A stretch of 64,000 nucleotides of DNA from Vitrella brassicaformis CCMP3155 (taxonomy: Eukaryota; Protista; Chromerida): positions 8,222 to 72,221 of the forward strand of contig CDMY01000459.1 in assembly GCA_001179505.1 (NCBI GenBank), written 5' to 3'. The notes under the pieces are model-generated. The model was not told the origin of the DNA and did not search any database. It saw nothing but the letters and a program-made list of their open reading frames with translations. How positions within the stretch are numbered: position 1 is the first letter of the stretch; each line of letters starts with the position of its first letter. A program made the translations under genes and the position numbers. Positions 49,588-61,516 of the stretch are shown here, in pieces.

Positions 49588-50203
49588 ATGGTTCAGACTT
49601 TGAGGAGCAGGTCAAGAAGGCCGAGGCCTCCAAGTTGGTCGTAGTCGATTTCTTCGTCCACCATGCAAGCACATCTCGCCGAAGGTTGAAGCAATGAGTG
49701 GCGAGTTCACGGACGTACTCTTCTTCAAAGGTACACACTGACACACCGCACACGGCATGCCTTGCAGTGTGTCGTGTGTGTCGTGTGTGTTGTGTATGCA
49801 GTTGACGTGGACGAGGTTGCGGACCTGGCAGAGCACCTCGGGATAAATTCCATGCCGGTACGTTTGGAGAGATGGGAGGGGAACAAGGAGTGAGGGAGAC
49901 AGGTGCGGTCGTTCACTCATGCATGAGGCTCTGCTCTTTGTGTTGTCTTGTTGCAATGCATCTGCCTCAGACATTCCAATTCTGGAAGGTGAGCTCATGG
50001 ACTAAACACGAGCGCCGTGCAGTATGGCATGTGTGTGTGTGTGTATTTGTGTGTGGTCACTCACTCATGCAGAGCGGCCAGAAGCTTAAGAAGGCGGAGT
50101 TCTCGGGCGCCAACGAGAAGAAGCTGCGGTAAGGGATGCCTGAGCCAGTGCCTCACCTGCCGCCATGTGTGTTTGCAGGAAGTTGATTCAAGACAACAAG
50201 TGA
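49588..50203 (+). pseudogene. TRX: Thioredoxin with two frameshifting deletions, one removing the active-site Trp
   Basis: DFEEQVKKAEASKLVVVDFF / CPPCKHISPKVEAMSGEFTDVLFFK|VDVDEVADLAEHLGINSMP|TFQFWK|SGQKL..FSGANEKKL|RKLIQDNK*. Reading frame breaks at 49591-49596 and 49656-49657. Confidence 0.85.
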
Positions 50204-50672
50204 CCCATGGGCCGGATGCGGTCTGCCTATGCTGATTGATTCGGATCGTTTTTCGGGTCTGGCTGAGTTCGAAATTGTAATGGATGGATGAGTCAGTCAT
50301 TTGTGTGTGTATGGCTCACAAAATCAGGGTGTGGTGTGTTCGGAAAGGGCCGGTGTGGCTGTTGCCTGCACTGCAATTTAGAGGTGCGGGGCTGAACTAG
50401 GGTATGTATGGGTCATAAGGAAGGGTGAGGGCAGTCAGTCAGTAATAAGACAGCAAGCGGCATGGTGTGGCTGGACTGCTTTGTTCGTTGTCTGCCCGTG
50501 CACATGTTGCACGGACAAGTCCAGACTGCCCACAAAACAATGCCTTCGTAAGAGGTGGACCGGATGAACGCAGTGTGAGACACACCCACCGGACATCACA
50601 CACCGGACATCAGACACATACTACACAAATCCAAGGACCGAAACACCCCAGACCACAGATCCAACAGTGTGG

Positions 50673-53031
50673 CTAGTTTTGCTCTCCCATGTCCCTTTCA
50701 GACTGTTCACCCTCGCCCTCCGTTGGCTGTCGCCTTGCCCCAGCCATGACTGGCAGGTTGGCGAGCGGGGACGGTAGCGACGGCCCAGCAATACACGTCG
50801 ATTGGTATACGGTCATCGTCCTCTGGATTCGCGAGAAATCCGACGCGCAATCCCCGCTAAGAGGCGTTACAGACGGGGGAGCCGCTGAGGAAGAGGAGAC
50901 ACGTGAGCACGCATATGTAGTTAGCGTTATCTTTGTGCCGCTCGTACGTGTCATGTTGGTTGAGGTTGATTCAGAAGAGTCCTCCTCCCTCTCTTGGACC
51001 TCTTTGTGCCTGTGTATCCTTCCCTCCTTCCGTCTGCTTTTTCTGTGGCCACTATGTGTAGACTCGAGCATCATCGATCCGCCCACGTGAGCGCGTCTCC
51101 GTCGGCTTCTCTGCTCGCTCCGCTGTTCAGTCAGAGCTGAGGGCGGTACAGGAGGAGGCCAGCTGACGGTATATGCCTCGATGCCGCTGGAGGATGATGG
51201 CCTGTCGTTGCCCTCCTGAGGTAGCTTGTCTCCTGTATCGTTGCTGTTTGGTTCGTCTTGGTCGCCGTCGTTTGACGCGGATGGCTTACTGACATCCTCT
51301 GTCGACGGATTCTCGTCTGCAGAGTGTGTCCAACCTGAGGATGATATGCACATGGCACGATCTGTGGTGGCTCACCAGCCTCCGATTCGTTCAGTCGTTG
51401 AAGGGCGGCGTGTCGCTGTAGCAACTCCTCCTTGCCCAGCTCATCATCTGGATTAGTCGGCGGGATAATCTGGTTGGCCTTCGAAGCAGCAGAAGCCTTC
51501 GCGTTCTTGCGCTGGTGGGCGTTGAATGCTGCAGCCAAGCACAAATATACACTGCCCGAGGGTGTGTGTTGCGAGAACTGGCTTACTGATGTATATGTTG
51601 TCGCCATGCCTAATAGCCACGGAAGAGTCCGGCCGGGGGTGTTTTGGCCGCGGCTTTGGTTTGGGCGGCGGCGACCCCTCCTGGGGCTGCTGATCTTCAT
51701 CCGTCTCGTCTTCTGCGGGTGGTGCTGGTGGCTGTGGGGTTTCTTCGTCTTCAGCTTCCGGCTCCTGCTCGATCTTCATCAGGTCCGTCAAGGAATGCTG
51801 CACGCACACGAAATGTTCACACGTAACGCGATAAAGAGCATGGTGTCTCTCGTTCTCACTGGTATGGGTTGCGTCGCCTTCTTGTGGGCGCCTTTCTTGT
51901 GATGGCTTTCTTGTCCCTTCTTCTTGTGATGCGAAGCTTTCTTGTGGGGTTTGTGAGACGGCTTCGCCGCAGGAGTGAGGCGGCTCTGTTGCAGATGGGA
52001 CGAAGCCCCTCTGGTCGCGTCCTGCTTGTCTTGGTCATCAATGGGTGCATCGTCCACTGGATCGGGCGGCTGCTCGTCAGAGACCTCTTTATCAGCAGCC
52101 TGACATGCACATTCACGTAGACGAGGGACCGACACAACGCAGGCACACACACGCATACGGAACGACGGCTGCGATGCACCTGATCTGCATTGGTCGATTC
52201 TTCCCCCTCGGCCTCTTCCCTGTCATCAGCATCATCAGCAGCAGCAGCCGAGTGTTCATCTTCACCGCCGGTGCTGTCATCTTGGTCGCCGCTTGGTAGC
52301 ACAGGTTCTCGCCGCCTTGCCCCTTGCAAATGCGAGGAAGGAGCAGAGCGCTGCGACGGCGGGTCACGGGCGACAATCGCGCCTTCAATGGCGGCCAGCT
52401 TCCTCAGCACCTGCATTCACCACACCCCACACCATCCCACAAACAGCGTCCCATGCAATCGCTGGTGTCTCCCTCACCGACCGCATCTTCGTTGGGGTCA
52501 TCATCAGAACTTGCGCCGTTGTCGTTGTTGTCCTCTTGGCCGCTGTCACTCTGGGAGCTCTCTCCTTCTGTGTCGCTGCCATCAGGACCGCCCTGTGCTG
52601 GCTTGGTGGAGCCTGGCGGAGGAGCCTTCGCTGAGTGTGCGTTGTCAAAGAGATTGTACCACTGCAAAGAGAGGCGCATTTAAGGAGAAAGGAGAGATGT
52701 GTGGAAATGCCTGGATCCGGAGCTTTCATGCACGTACCTTGTGCGAATGTGTTTGTGACGGGCCTGACACACAGAGGTCGCATTGCGACTCAACACTCTC
52801 TCCCCTCCCTCCCCTCGTTTGCCCACCGTCTGTTTTCTTCACATCTTCATCGCCTGCAATGCCGGCATGAGCCCCAAGGCCCGGCCTGGCCCTTTGCACC
52901 TCCCCCAGATGGTCGACCACAGCCTGGGGCGCTTCGTCATTCCTTCGTGTTTCCTGCTGCGGCAGACTGAGTGCAGAAGCACTCATCAAGAGAGCCCAGA
53001 GCAGCACTCTAGCAGACCAACTCATGAGCAT
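50673..53031 (-). CDS. Secreted low-complexity acidic protein with a His/Lys-rich tract
   Basis: Signal peptide MSWSARVLLWALLMSASALS; D/E/Q/P-rich exons; KPSHKPHKKASHHKKK tract. 3' exon structure uncertain. Confidence 0.55.
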
Positions 53032-53057
53032 CCAGACTTCACATGATCGCCTTGCTT

Positions 53058-53070
53058 GCTAAGCTCGCAG
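53058..53070 (+). promoter_or_regulatory. Example of the recurrent upstream motif GCTAAGCTCGCAG; other copies at 13267-13276(-), 18290-18302(-), 24312-24321(-), 27593-27605(+), 40985-40995(-), 49162-49172(+), 63652-63661(+)
   Basis: The same core AGCT(C/T)GCA is seen directly in eight divergent intergenic spacers. Function is inferred. Confidence 0.65.
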
Positions 53071-53099
53071 ATGCCCGAAGAGATCTCCTTCTTTTCGGC

Positions 53100-54429
53100 A
53101 TGAATTCCTTTTGCAGCGGCGTGCGCAGCCTTGCTGGGGGCATGGCTGCCACGAGCTCTTGCGTCGCATCGCCGTCGGTACCCATGGCCCTCGAGCCGGC
53201 AGTGTATCCCTGTCTGATGATGCAGCAGCGCTTCAAGAGGAAGAAAAAGCGCAAGAGGGAGAGGCCGCACCCCACCGAGGAGCAAATCGAGACTAAAGCG
53301 AGGTGTGTCAGACGAGAGATGAGCCTTATGACTGACTGACGGGCGTGTGAATGATCTGTCTGTTGTGGATGGGTGAAGGGTGACTCCGATACGGCTGGAG
53401 GATCACCTTGGCAACCCTGAGCCTCCCTATTCTATTGCCAAGAACATCCGGCGGTCGATAGCTCGAATGGCGGCCGGCTGGAAGAGGCGGAGCGATTTCA
53501 GACGAATGAACCGATACAGGGTAATTAAGTACATAGACAACGGCCACGCTCCCCTGATGCGATGCCTTACTTTTGTGGTTGGTGCACTGCACTGCACAGG
53601 TGCTGAGTGCAGTGGGTCTGACGCACGACGATCCCGAGGAGAAGGTCAGCCGGGAGGGCTTCGTGACGCCTCTCACCCAGCTGCAGCACAACGCCCACCT
53701 TCCCAGATCCACACGTACGCACGTGTAGTGTGCGGTGCGGCTGACCTGACCACACGGCAGAAGCGAACAGGTCAGACAACCGACGGTTGTTCTCTGTCGT
53801 GTCGTGTGTTGGCCGGGCAGTGCATGCGAGGTTCCGTTTCCCCCACACACTGCACTACAAGGCTCGGTGGGGCCCTCCAGTGACGGAGAAGGAGCCTCAT
53901 GTGTACCAGTGTGTGGCATCCATGAGGCTCGACGACCTCAACCTCACGGAGAGGTGGGTGGCATCGCGATCATCGTAACCACACACTCGTAGACGTTGTC
54001 TGTGTGTATGTGTGTTGATCTCATTTGTGTTGTGTGTCGGTGCAGGCAGGAGAAGAGGATGCTGGACATACTGGGACCGCTGCGGTGAGTGAGTGAGTGA
54101 GTGAGTGAGTGAGTGACGAGAGAGAATGATATCACACATCGGTAGAGATGGCTGGCTGTATGTATGTATGTATGTATGTGTGTATGTTTTTATGTGTGGA
54201 TGTGTGTTATGTGTGTGTGCAGGTATGACCCCGCCACTCGTATGGTGATTCTGGAGGCTGACGCATTCCCGGACAGGAACCACAACGCCGCCTATCTAGG
54301 TGGGTGGCTGTTGCACCAACACCACGGTGGTACTTCGGCACAGCCTTCATCCGTCACGTCGTGTGTGTTGTGCTGTGTGTGTCAGGTGATATCCTGGAGG
54401 TGCTGATGAGAAAGGCCAAGAAGGCGTGA
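53100..54429 (+). CDS. MRPS35: Mitochondrial small-subunit ribosomal protein mS35 (MRP-S28 domain, Rsm24-like)
   Basis: ARFRFPHTL...MRLDDLNLTE|RQEKRMLDILGPL|RYDPATRMVILEADAFPDRNHNAAYL|GDILEVLMRKAKKA*. All 7 exons join in frame. Start at 53100 preferred over 53043. Confidence 0.85.
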
Positions 54430-54785
54430 GATCTGAGCTGATCAGTCATTCATTCTTGTCTGCATTCGTGAATGGCCCCTGACGGAACGCCGCAGGCTGG
54501 TTGGTGCGGTACGTCGCAGGCCATGGCGAGCGCTGAGCGGGGATAGATTGGATGGAGTGTGGTGGGGTATCGGGTGTGTACATGTAATATCGCACTTAGC
54601 TGGACGGGAAAGGCCGACTGTTTGTCTGTCGGCAAGTACTCATCATCGCTTTTGATGGTCGGATGAGCTCCTGCCAGTGGGTCTCACTGCGTTGCGTAAA
54701 TTGGGGGCAACGCGGGGGCGTTGGCAACTGCAAGTTTTCGTGGATGTTCAAGAGTTCTTCCTCACCGTGAAATGAGGCTCCCAGG

Positions 54786-57700
54786 ATGCCAGACGTCCTT
54801 CTCTTGGCCCTCATCGTCAGTCAGCACATCATGGAAGGCAAGTGCCGTCACGAAATTCAGCCGTTACGGCTCCACACCGCACCTCGTTGCTTCCCCTCTG
54901 AGTCAGGCGTCCAGATGGGCGCTCTTGCGGCAACTCCGCGCCCCGACACATGCCTCACCGACCGTGCTTAGCGAGTGAGGCACACATCTCCAATACAAGC
55001 CTGCACCTGCCAGTCTGAAGAATGTCTGTTTTTTTGCAGGTCAGGGCCGACAGTAATGAGATTGAGCAAAGTGCTGGACTTCTATTCGCGGATGCCAATC
55101 TGACTGATTCGCCCACCAGCGAGGAACCCAATGATGCCTTTCACCGTTACACACAGAAACTCAAAGCCGCAGTCACACTGGTCAGTGACGAGGCAGGACC
55201 TCATCTTTGGCAGCGCTGGAATTGCGAGCGCCTATGTCGTGTGCAGGCAAGTATGGCAAAACAGAAGCGAGAGAAGATACACGAGGGCCGTCCGTGGCTA
55301 TCAGCGTCGACTGGGGAAGGCAATGAGGATGGCGGACCGGGTGAGGTCTCTGGCCTGACACGAGACATTGTCTGCTCCCTGATTAAGGTACGTATGTAAT
55401 CGGAGCACCGCTCTGTTGACAAGGATCTACGAAGGACAACATTTCTTGGCTGTCAGATGTACCAGATGCGCGTCTAAAACCGATTTGAGCAGCCAGTGCG
55501 TTCATCGGAAGTTCTCCTGTCGGCCGAGGCGGTCAAAGAGGCCGTCGAGGCAGTTGAGAGCGCAGGAGGCTTTGCTCTGTCTGCGGGGCGGGAGGGCGTA
55601 GAAATGTTCGATCTGGTGACCGAGATCACCCGATCCACGATGGAGACATGGAAGCCCCAGGACTCGCTCAATGACCTGACGACTGATGCGACTGCCGGTC
55701 TCGCCAAACTCAAGCAAGAAGAGAGCAGGACGATGCGCCAGGCTGCACGAAGGACGCTGGCCACTGCCTCGTCCCTCGTGAGGCAGGTCGGCGGGCTGTC
55801 AGCCAGGGCCGCTCGAAACGAGACCGTCCAGCTGATTGGCGAAATTGTTGCGTCGACGAGGCAGGTTGCCGACTCGTATCTGCACTTCTTAGGAGACGCA
55901 AAGACATCCCTACACCTGTCAGGAGAGTAAGTGAAATGAAGGTTGTCATGAGTGCTTCAGTGGAGGACTATGTACTGCAGTACGGTGGACATGGCGCTGC
56001 GAGTCCTCAGTAACTCATCGAGCTTTGCCCTCGACATTGCCTCCAAGAATGTGTCAGTGGCTATATCAAGCGTGACGATCGACAATCCCGGCGGATCTAC
56101 TCAATGTAATTCGAGTGCGGTCTCTGTGCCGACGGGGCAGCTGATTTGGTGGCAAGAAGGGCTGTACTCGGACGCCAGGCGGAACGATACAGCAGTCGTG
56201 GAGGCAACTGTTAAGACATGCTGGATATGCCGGAGAGGGAAATGGAGACCACCACATGGGAGGGCAAGGGCGGCACTCTTACTGCTTCTGTAAGGACACA
56301 AAGAAAGCATCATGAAAGGTGCATACGGGCCTGTGTCACCCTTGCAGGTGCGTTACTGTAATCATGATGTGCCTTTGCAGCTTAACAGGACGGATGCCCC
56401 CATTGTTCTGCACATCCCTATTCCCGAGACCGACAGCGACGACCCTCATGGCCTCTTCGGTGATGAATACGGGATTGTCGAGATCGACGGCAAGCTGAAG
56501 GCGATGAACACGACAGAAGCAGTGAGGCACGGTCGTCACTTCATTGTGAGGAGACAGCTGACGTGTGGATACTTTGGCTATATGACGCAGCAGTGGAGCA
56601 CAGAAGGTATGTAAGTGGCAATTTTCACATCAGCCTTTCAGCTTCTGGTGCTCTCTCTCTCTCTGTCGATCTGTTAGGCTGTTATCACAACACAACGCTC
56701 ACGACCGATGAGACGATCGTGTGCCACTGCTTCCACCTTTCGGAGTTTGGGGTGATATTCAGGCAAGCCATCGACTGTGTGTGTCATCACACCACAACGC
56801 GACGCGCCGACTTATGTCTCTGTCCGTAAAGGTCCGCGGTCCAGGATAGCACTTTCGGAGAAGTCATTCAAGACACACAAGATTCCACAACCCGCCTGAA
56901 GGACATTCGCGAGTGGGAGAGGAATGTGGCTGCTCGCTTTGTTGCCGGAGAGATAGGGTTGTCTTGGTTCTCCTCATCCTTGCAGCCTGGTGGGACCGCA
57001 GATACAAGTAGGCACAGAAGAAAAGGCATGTGGCCGGCCACGATTGGCAGTGTGTGCCCATTTATCTCCTCGTAGGGTGTCAGAAACGGATCTGCTCGAC
57101 ACCTGGATGACCGACCCCTTGTTAGACAGTCGGTACCAGTCATACAAGTGGATGCTCCAGCAGCGGAAGCGATGGCTGCGATCGTTCCATTGGTGCTGCG
57201 GAGGTCTGCCTTGTCGGGAGTTCCAACGGCTGTGCAACCGCCTCTCTGGTCGGCAACCCACCATTCATGTGACCGAGCTAAAAGCAATCAGGTCAGTGAC
57301 GGACTGAAGCCAACCACGCCAGATCAGATGAGTGATGTCTCTCTTCACGTGTCTGCAGGCGTATACGAGAGCAGGTCATTTTAAGCTTAAGAAAAGGGAC
57401 GACTTGCACGTCATTCGCGGCAGTCCTGAAGCAGCCGTCCTTGAGGCCCTCGCCGCTTCGCCGGTATACAACCGCTCTCCCATACTACCAAATGGCTCCT
57501 CACTTCGAGGCAGCATTTCAGAAATGGCTTCCTCATTCAACTCCCAGACTCGTACAATACTCTCGCCGCGGAACACTCTTGAGAAAAGAGCTAAAGCCTC
57601 TCTATCTCTGTCACAAAGGGACGATGGAAGTGAACACAACCGAAGACATACCAATGTCTCGACAAGCGTCGTCGGTGGCAGCAGCAGGAGAAAGCGCAGA

Positions 57701-60700
57701 CGGAATGTGTACAAAGTGCCGATGCTGTTCAAGCCATCTCGGTCGGGAGGTACGGTCGAGCTCATCACGTAAGCAATGACACTGGCAGGTGCAATCAAAC
57801 AACTATATATCATTCTGTTCTCCTGGCAGCTCGGGGATCCTTCGCGATGTGGTACGAAGCTGCCTCCTCGTCCGAGTGCGACGGCAGCAAGGAGCGGCGG
57901 TGACGGTGCAGCGATGGTGGAGAAAGACCCTTGCCGATCGTTCGCCGTTTCGTGGTTCATCGTCGTTCTCGAATGGCCAGTCATCTGAGGACGCAACGAT
58001 TCTGTCACCGAATACGCAATCCGGCCCCCCACCGCTATACTCTCTGGCAGCTCCCTGGTCTCCATTTTGAAGTCGCCCCGGTCACCAGTGGTTTTACAGC
58101 TTGAAGACCAGGGGATCGATGACGAGGCAGATGCTGCTGCAGAGCCCGCGACAGCACAAGAACTTAACTCTCCGAGGCAAGAGATCGCCGTCAAGCATCA
58201 TGGGGGTCCACAAAACATGGAGAACAGCAGCATGGAAAGAACACACACAGCAGAAAACACGAGAAAGCCTCTGAACCGGAGGATGTCCGTAAGCTTTTGC
58301 GCTCGAGATGAGACGGGGATGGCTGCGTCGCGTGATGATGATAACGATTCGGTCAAGACCCCGAAGGTCGACGCCCCACATAGACTAAGGCGAAAGAAGT
58401 CCTCTTTGGAGCTGTGGGCTGAGGTGAGAAACTTCGACAGGGAAAGCAACCATTCCATGGCGAGTTTTTGTTGTCGTTCAGGTGCACAACGAGGTGGAAA
58501 CAATCTTGGACAGAAGCATGAGGCGGCTGGAATGTAAGCGGGAGAGATCGATTCAATTGTCAAAATCAAGTCCTGTAACCCGCTATAGACATCGAGTGGA
58601 GCCGCCAAAGGATATTCTTGACGGTGTTGCGCCGACATCATCCGCTCCTCAGGTAGCAACAGGTCTGAGCGACGTGAAGACACGTCGCTTGTCTCCCCGT
58701 ATTGACGCGTGTCCCCATTGACCGTGTTGTGTCCATTGACGTGTGGCTCAGTTTGTTCATTCACAACCCAGTCCTGACAGGTACGCAGAGACCTGTCACT
58801 TGTCTTTCTGCTCTTTCTGTTCTTTCTGTCCTTTCTGTTTCGTTCAAATTACGTGTAACAGGAGGTTTGGATTGATGTGTTTCTGTGTATGTATGCAGCT
58901 GTGCAGAGGTGTTTAATCGGCGGCGCAGTTCTCTTAGGGCTGCTGATGGTGACGGCAGCCCTTTTTAACTATGACACTAACGAGGTGGACAGTGATTCTT
59001 ATGAAGATGTATCCAATAAGCATCCGGACGACTGCCTTCTCAATTGTGGGGGCGAGCTGGGCGACTGGGAGATCACTGCGAGGCGTAGGTGTCCTTACGG
59101 GGACGTATACAGATACAAGCCATGTGGTTGCTGTCTTATTGTGCAGAGCTAGCCGTGTTCTTTTGGGCTATGATCATCGCGAAGCCTGTGAGAGCGAAAG
59201 AAAACTCTCACTCTGCCCAGTTTTGTGCATCCACTATGCCCTGCTTGTTATCCTGTAGGTTCCATTTTGTATCTACTTGCTCTTCCGAAAAGACGTACCA
59301 GTGATCGCCCCTGCTACTGTGAAGCGACGTCGTGACAGCACTTCCAGTCTTACATCATCAATGGCCCACCCCCAAGCACCAGCGCCAAATAGTCTCAGCA
59401 GCCTCTTTCAGCCATTCTACGCCGCTTCTGAGCACACGCATAGGGAAAACCTAAAGCACATGAAGAGCTCTACAATCAGGGGAATATCAAAGATCGGGGC
59501 GACAGGGCGACATTCGGGGATCTTTCCGCTTGAGATGGTGCGCACGACAACACATTTCAGCGCTCCATGTGGCCCTTTTCCTTGTTTGTCTCTGCAGAAA
59601 CTGGATCGGTTGGAGAAGTGGCACAGGAAGGAGCGGCTTGGCTTCTTGCTTGCCTTTCTGTGGTGGACCTGGTGCATCTACTTTGCACTTACGTTCGTTC
59701 TCTCGCCGAGGCTCGCCGGTACCTTCATTCGTGTGTAAAGCTGGTCGACAATGCAGATTTCTTGCTATGCATGCAGATATGGCCGAGTGGCCGATTTATC
59801 GGGACTTCGTCGTGACGGCCCTCATCGACCTGATCGGACACCTGCTCCTGCAGCCGCTGATTAACTTTTTCATCGTCACGTGTCTCATCGGAAGTGTGAC
59901 GAAAACCGGCCTGCTGGACGGCTTTGTTGCTGCCTTTCCACGTTATCTGGACTTCACCTTCAGTGGGACCCGCTCGGTCCAGGAGCTGGCGGTGCAGCTG
60001 CACGTCATTCGGGACGCAAACATCGGCCGGCGTGCCGTATTGGATGCGGAGTGGGCGCAAGATGAGGGCCTTAAGATCGCCCTCACGGCCGTCAAGCTGC
60101 TCTGCCATGGCCATCCAATTATAGTTGAGGAGCGGCACAGCCCGGTGAACGACCTCCTTGATATCAGTGCTGAATCCCAACGTGATGAGAATGCCCTGGA
60201 GTCAGCCAAAGAGGCACCGGAGGCATATATCAGGTCGACGCGCAAAAGGGAAATATTGCGATCACTTCCACCCTCTTATCGCTCATACGATACATATGGT
60301 GACAAGCTGACTGACCGCGGTCTAACGTCTCTTCCCAACGAAGCGACGAATGCCAATTCGCAACCGGCAGCCGATTGCGGCAGTGCTCCCCTACAGCCCC
60401 CCCTTCCTCGGCCCCGCCCCTTGGCATACCCACCTCCCCGGCCAATCCCTCTTACAGCCACTATAACTTGGCCGCACCCCATAGCACGCCCACAGCCAAT
60501 AAAGAGAGAATCTGATGGAGTCGCATATATGGCAGAGGGTCGAGGATGGGGAACGCACTCCCAGTACCCAGGTCATCGATCTAATCCTGAAGCTCAAGTC
60601 TTGTCTGGACTTGAGCTTGGCAGCAACGAGAGCCCGCTGAGCAAAACGACAGCGGCTATAGTAACGGATCTCCGTATGTCTCCCGTCTCCGCCCCTCTGC

Positions 60701-60744
60701 AGAGAGACCAAAATGAAGGGAAGCTTGTGATTCAGTTGTTTTGA
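54786..60744 (+). CDS. Polycystin-1-like protein: helical/GAIN region, GPS autoproteolysis motif and several TMs; apparent frameshifts (possible pseudogene)
   Basis: TCGYF...QWSTEG|CYH...CHCFHL/SEFG (GPS); TM VVLVLLILAAWWD; RCLIGGAVLLGLLMVTAALF; WAMIIAKPV; GFLLAFLWWTWCIYF; LIGHLLLQPL. Frame breaks near 55930-55975, 56205-56220 and 56955-56960. Confidence 0.75.
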
Positions 60745-61516
60745 CACCCTTGTGTGCAACGTCACTTGATTGGCGCCGCAAGTTTCATGGCGGGGTGTGA
60801 TGGGTGTGCTGTGATGCATCGTAGAATTGATTCGATAGCCGAGGGGTAGTTTTGAGTACTTCTGCTACCGTAGTTGATTCGGCACAGGAAGGGCATTGGT
60901 AGTCTCCGCTACAAAGGAAGCCTGCTGCTGTTTTTATGTAGAGGTGAATGACTATGTATGTCTTCACTGCACTCGCGATAAAGCTCATAACCTGCACATT
61001 GCTTCATGCACTGGCGCCAATGCGCGAGCAGGCCCTGTCTCGATCGACGAACTGACCGAAGCATGGTTCTCTCTCTCTCTCTCTCTCTCTCTCTCGCGTG
61101 TGTGTGTGTGTGTGTGTGCCGGGTGGGTGGAGGGTGCCATGGGGAAGATATGTGTATGTGTATGTGTATGTGTGTGTGTGTGTGTGGCCTGGGGAGCGCG
61201 CCTTTCGACGGGGTGGACATGGATAAGGCAAGGATAAGGGGTCGGGTGTGCCTGAGTCTGTCCATGAGCCTGCGTGTGTTTTTTTGAAGGGACAAGCCTT
61301 CTTCTTCGTTGTTGATGAGGCATGCATGCGACGTACAATGCCTCACAAAGACAAGATCCATTTGCTCACTGACATTTCGATGTCGCGGCAGAGGCAGCCA
61401 TGAAAATGTATCAGCCATCCATGTCAGCACACACATATACACCCCACACACATCGATGCCGCACGAACACACAGTACAGGTCAGTGAATCAATGAATGTG
61501 TGAAGCAATGAGTGAA

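Noticed and set aside
49656-49669. 14-nt GT...AG 'intron' (gtccaccatgcaag) that would restore the thioredoxin frame
   Set aside because: Far shorter than the other introns here (about 50 nt or more) and it would delete the CPPC residues themselves; a deletion explains the sequence better.
55389-55492. In-frame TAA at ~55475 in the GPS gene
   Set aside because: An acceptor at ~55492 can place it inside an intron, so it is not evidence of a lesion.
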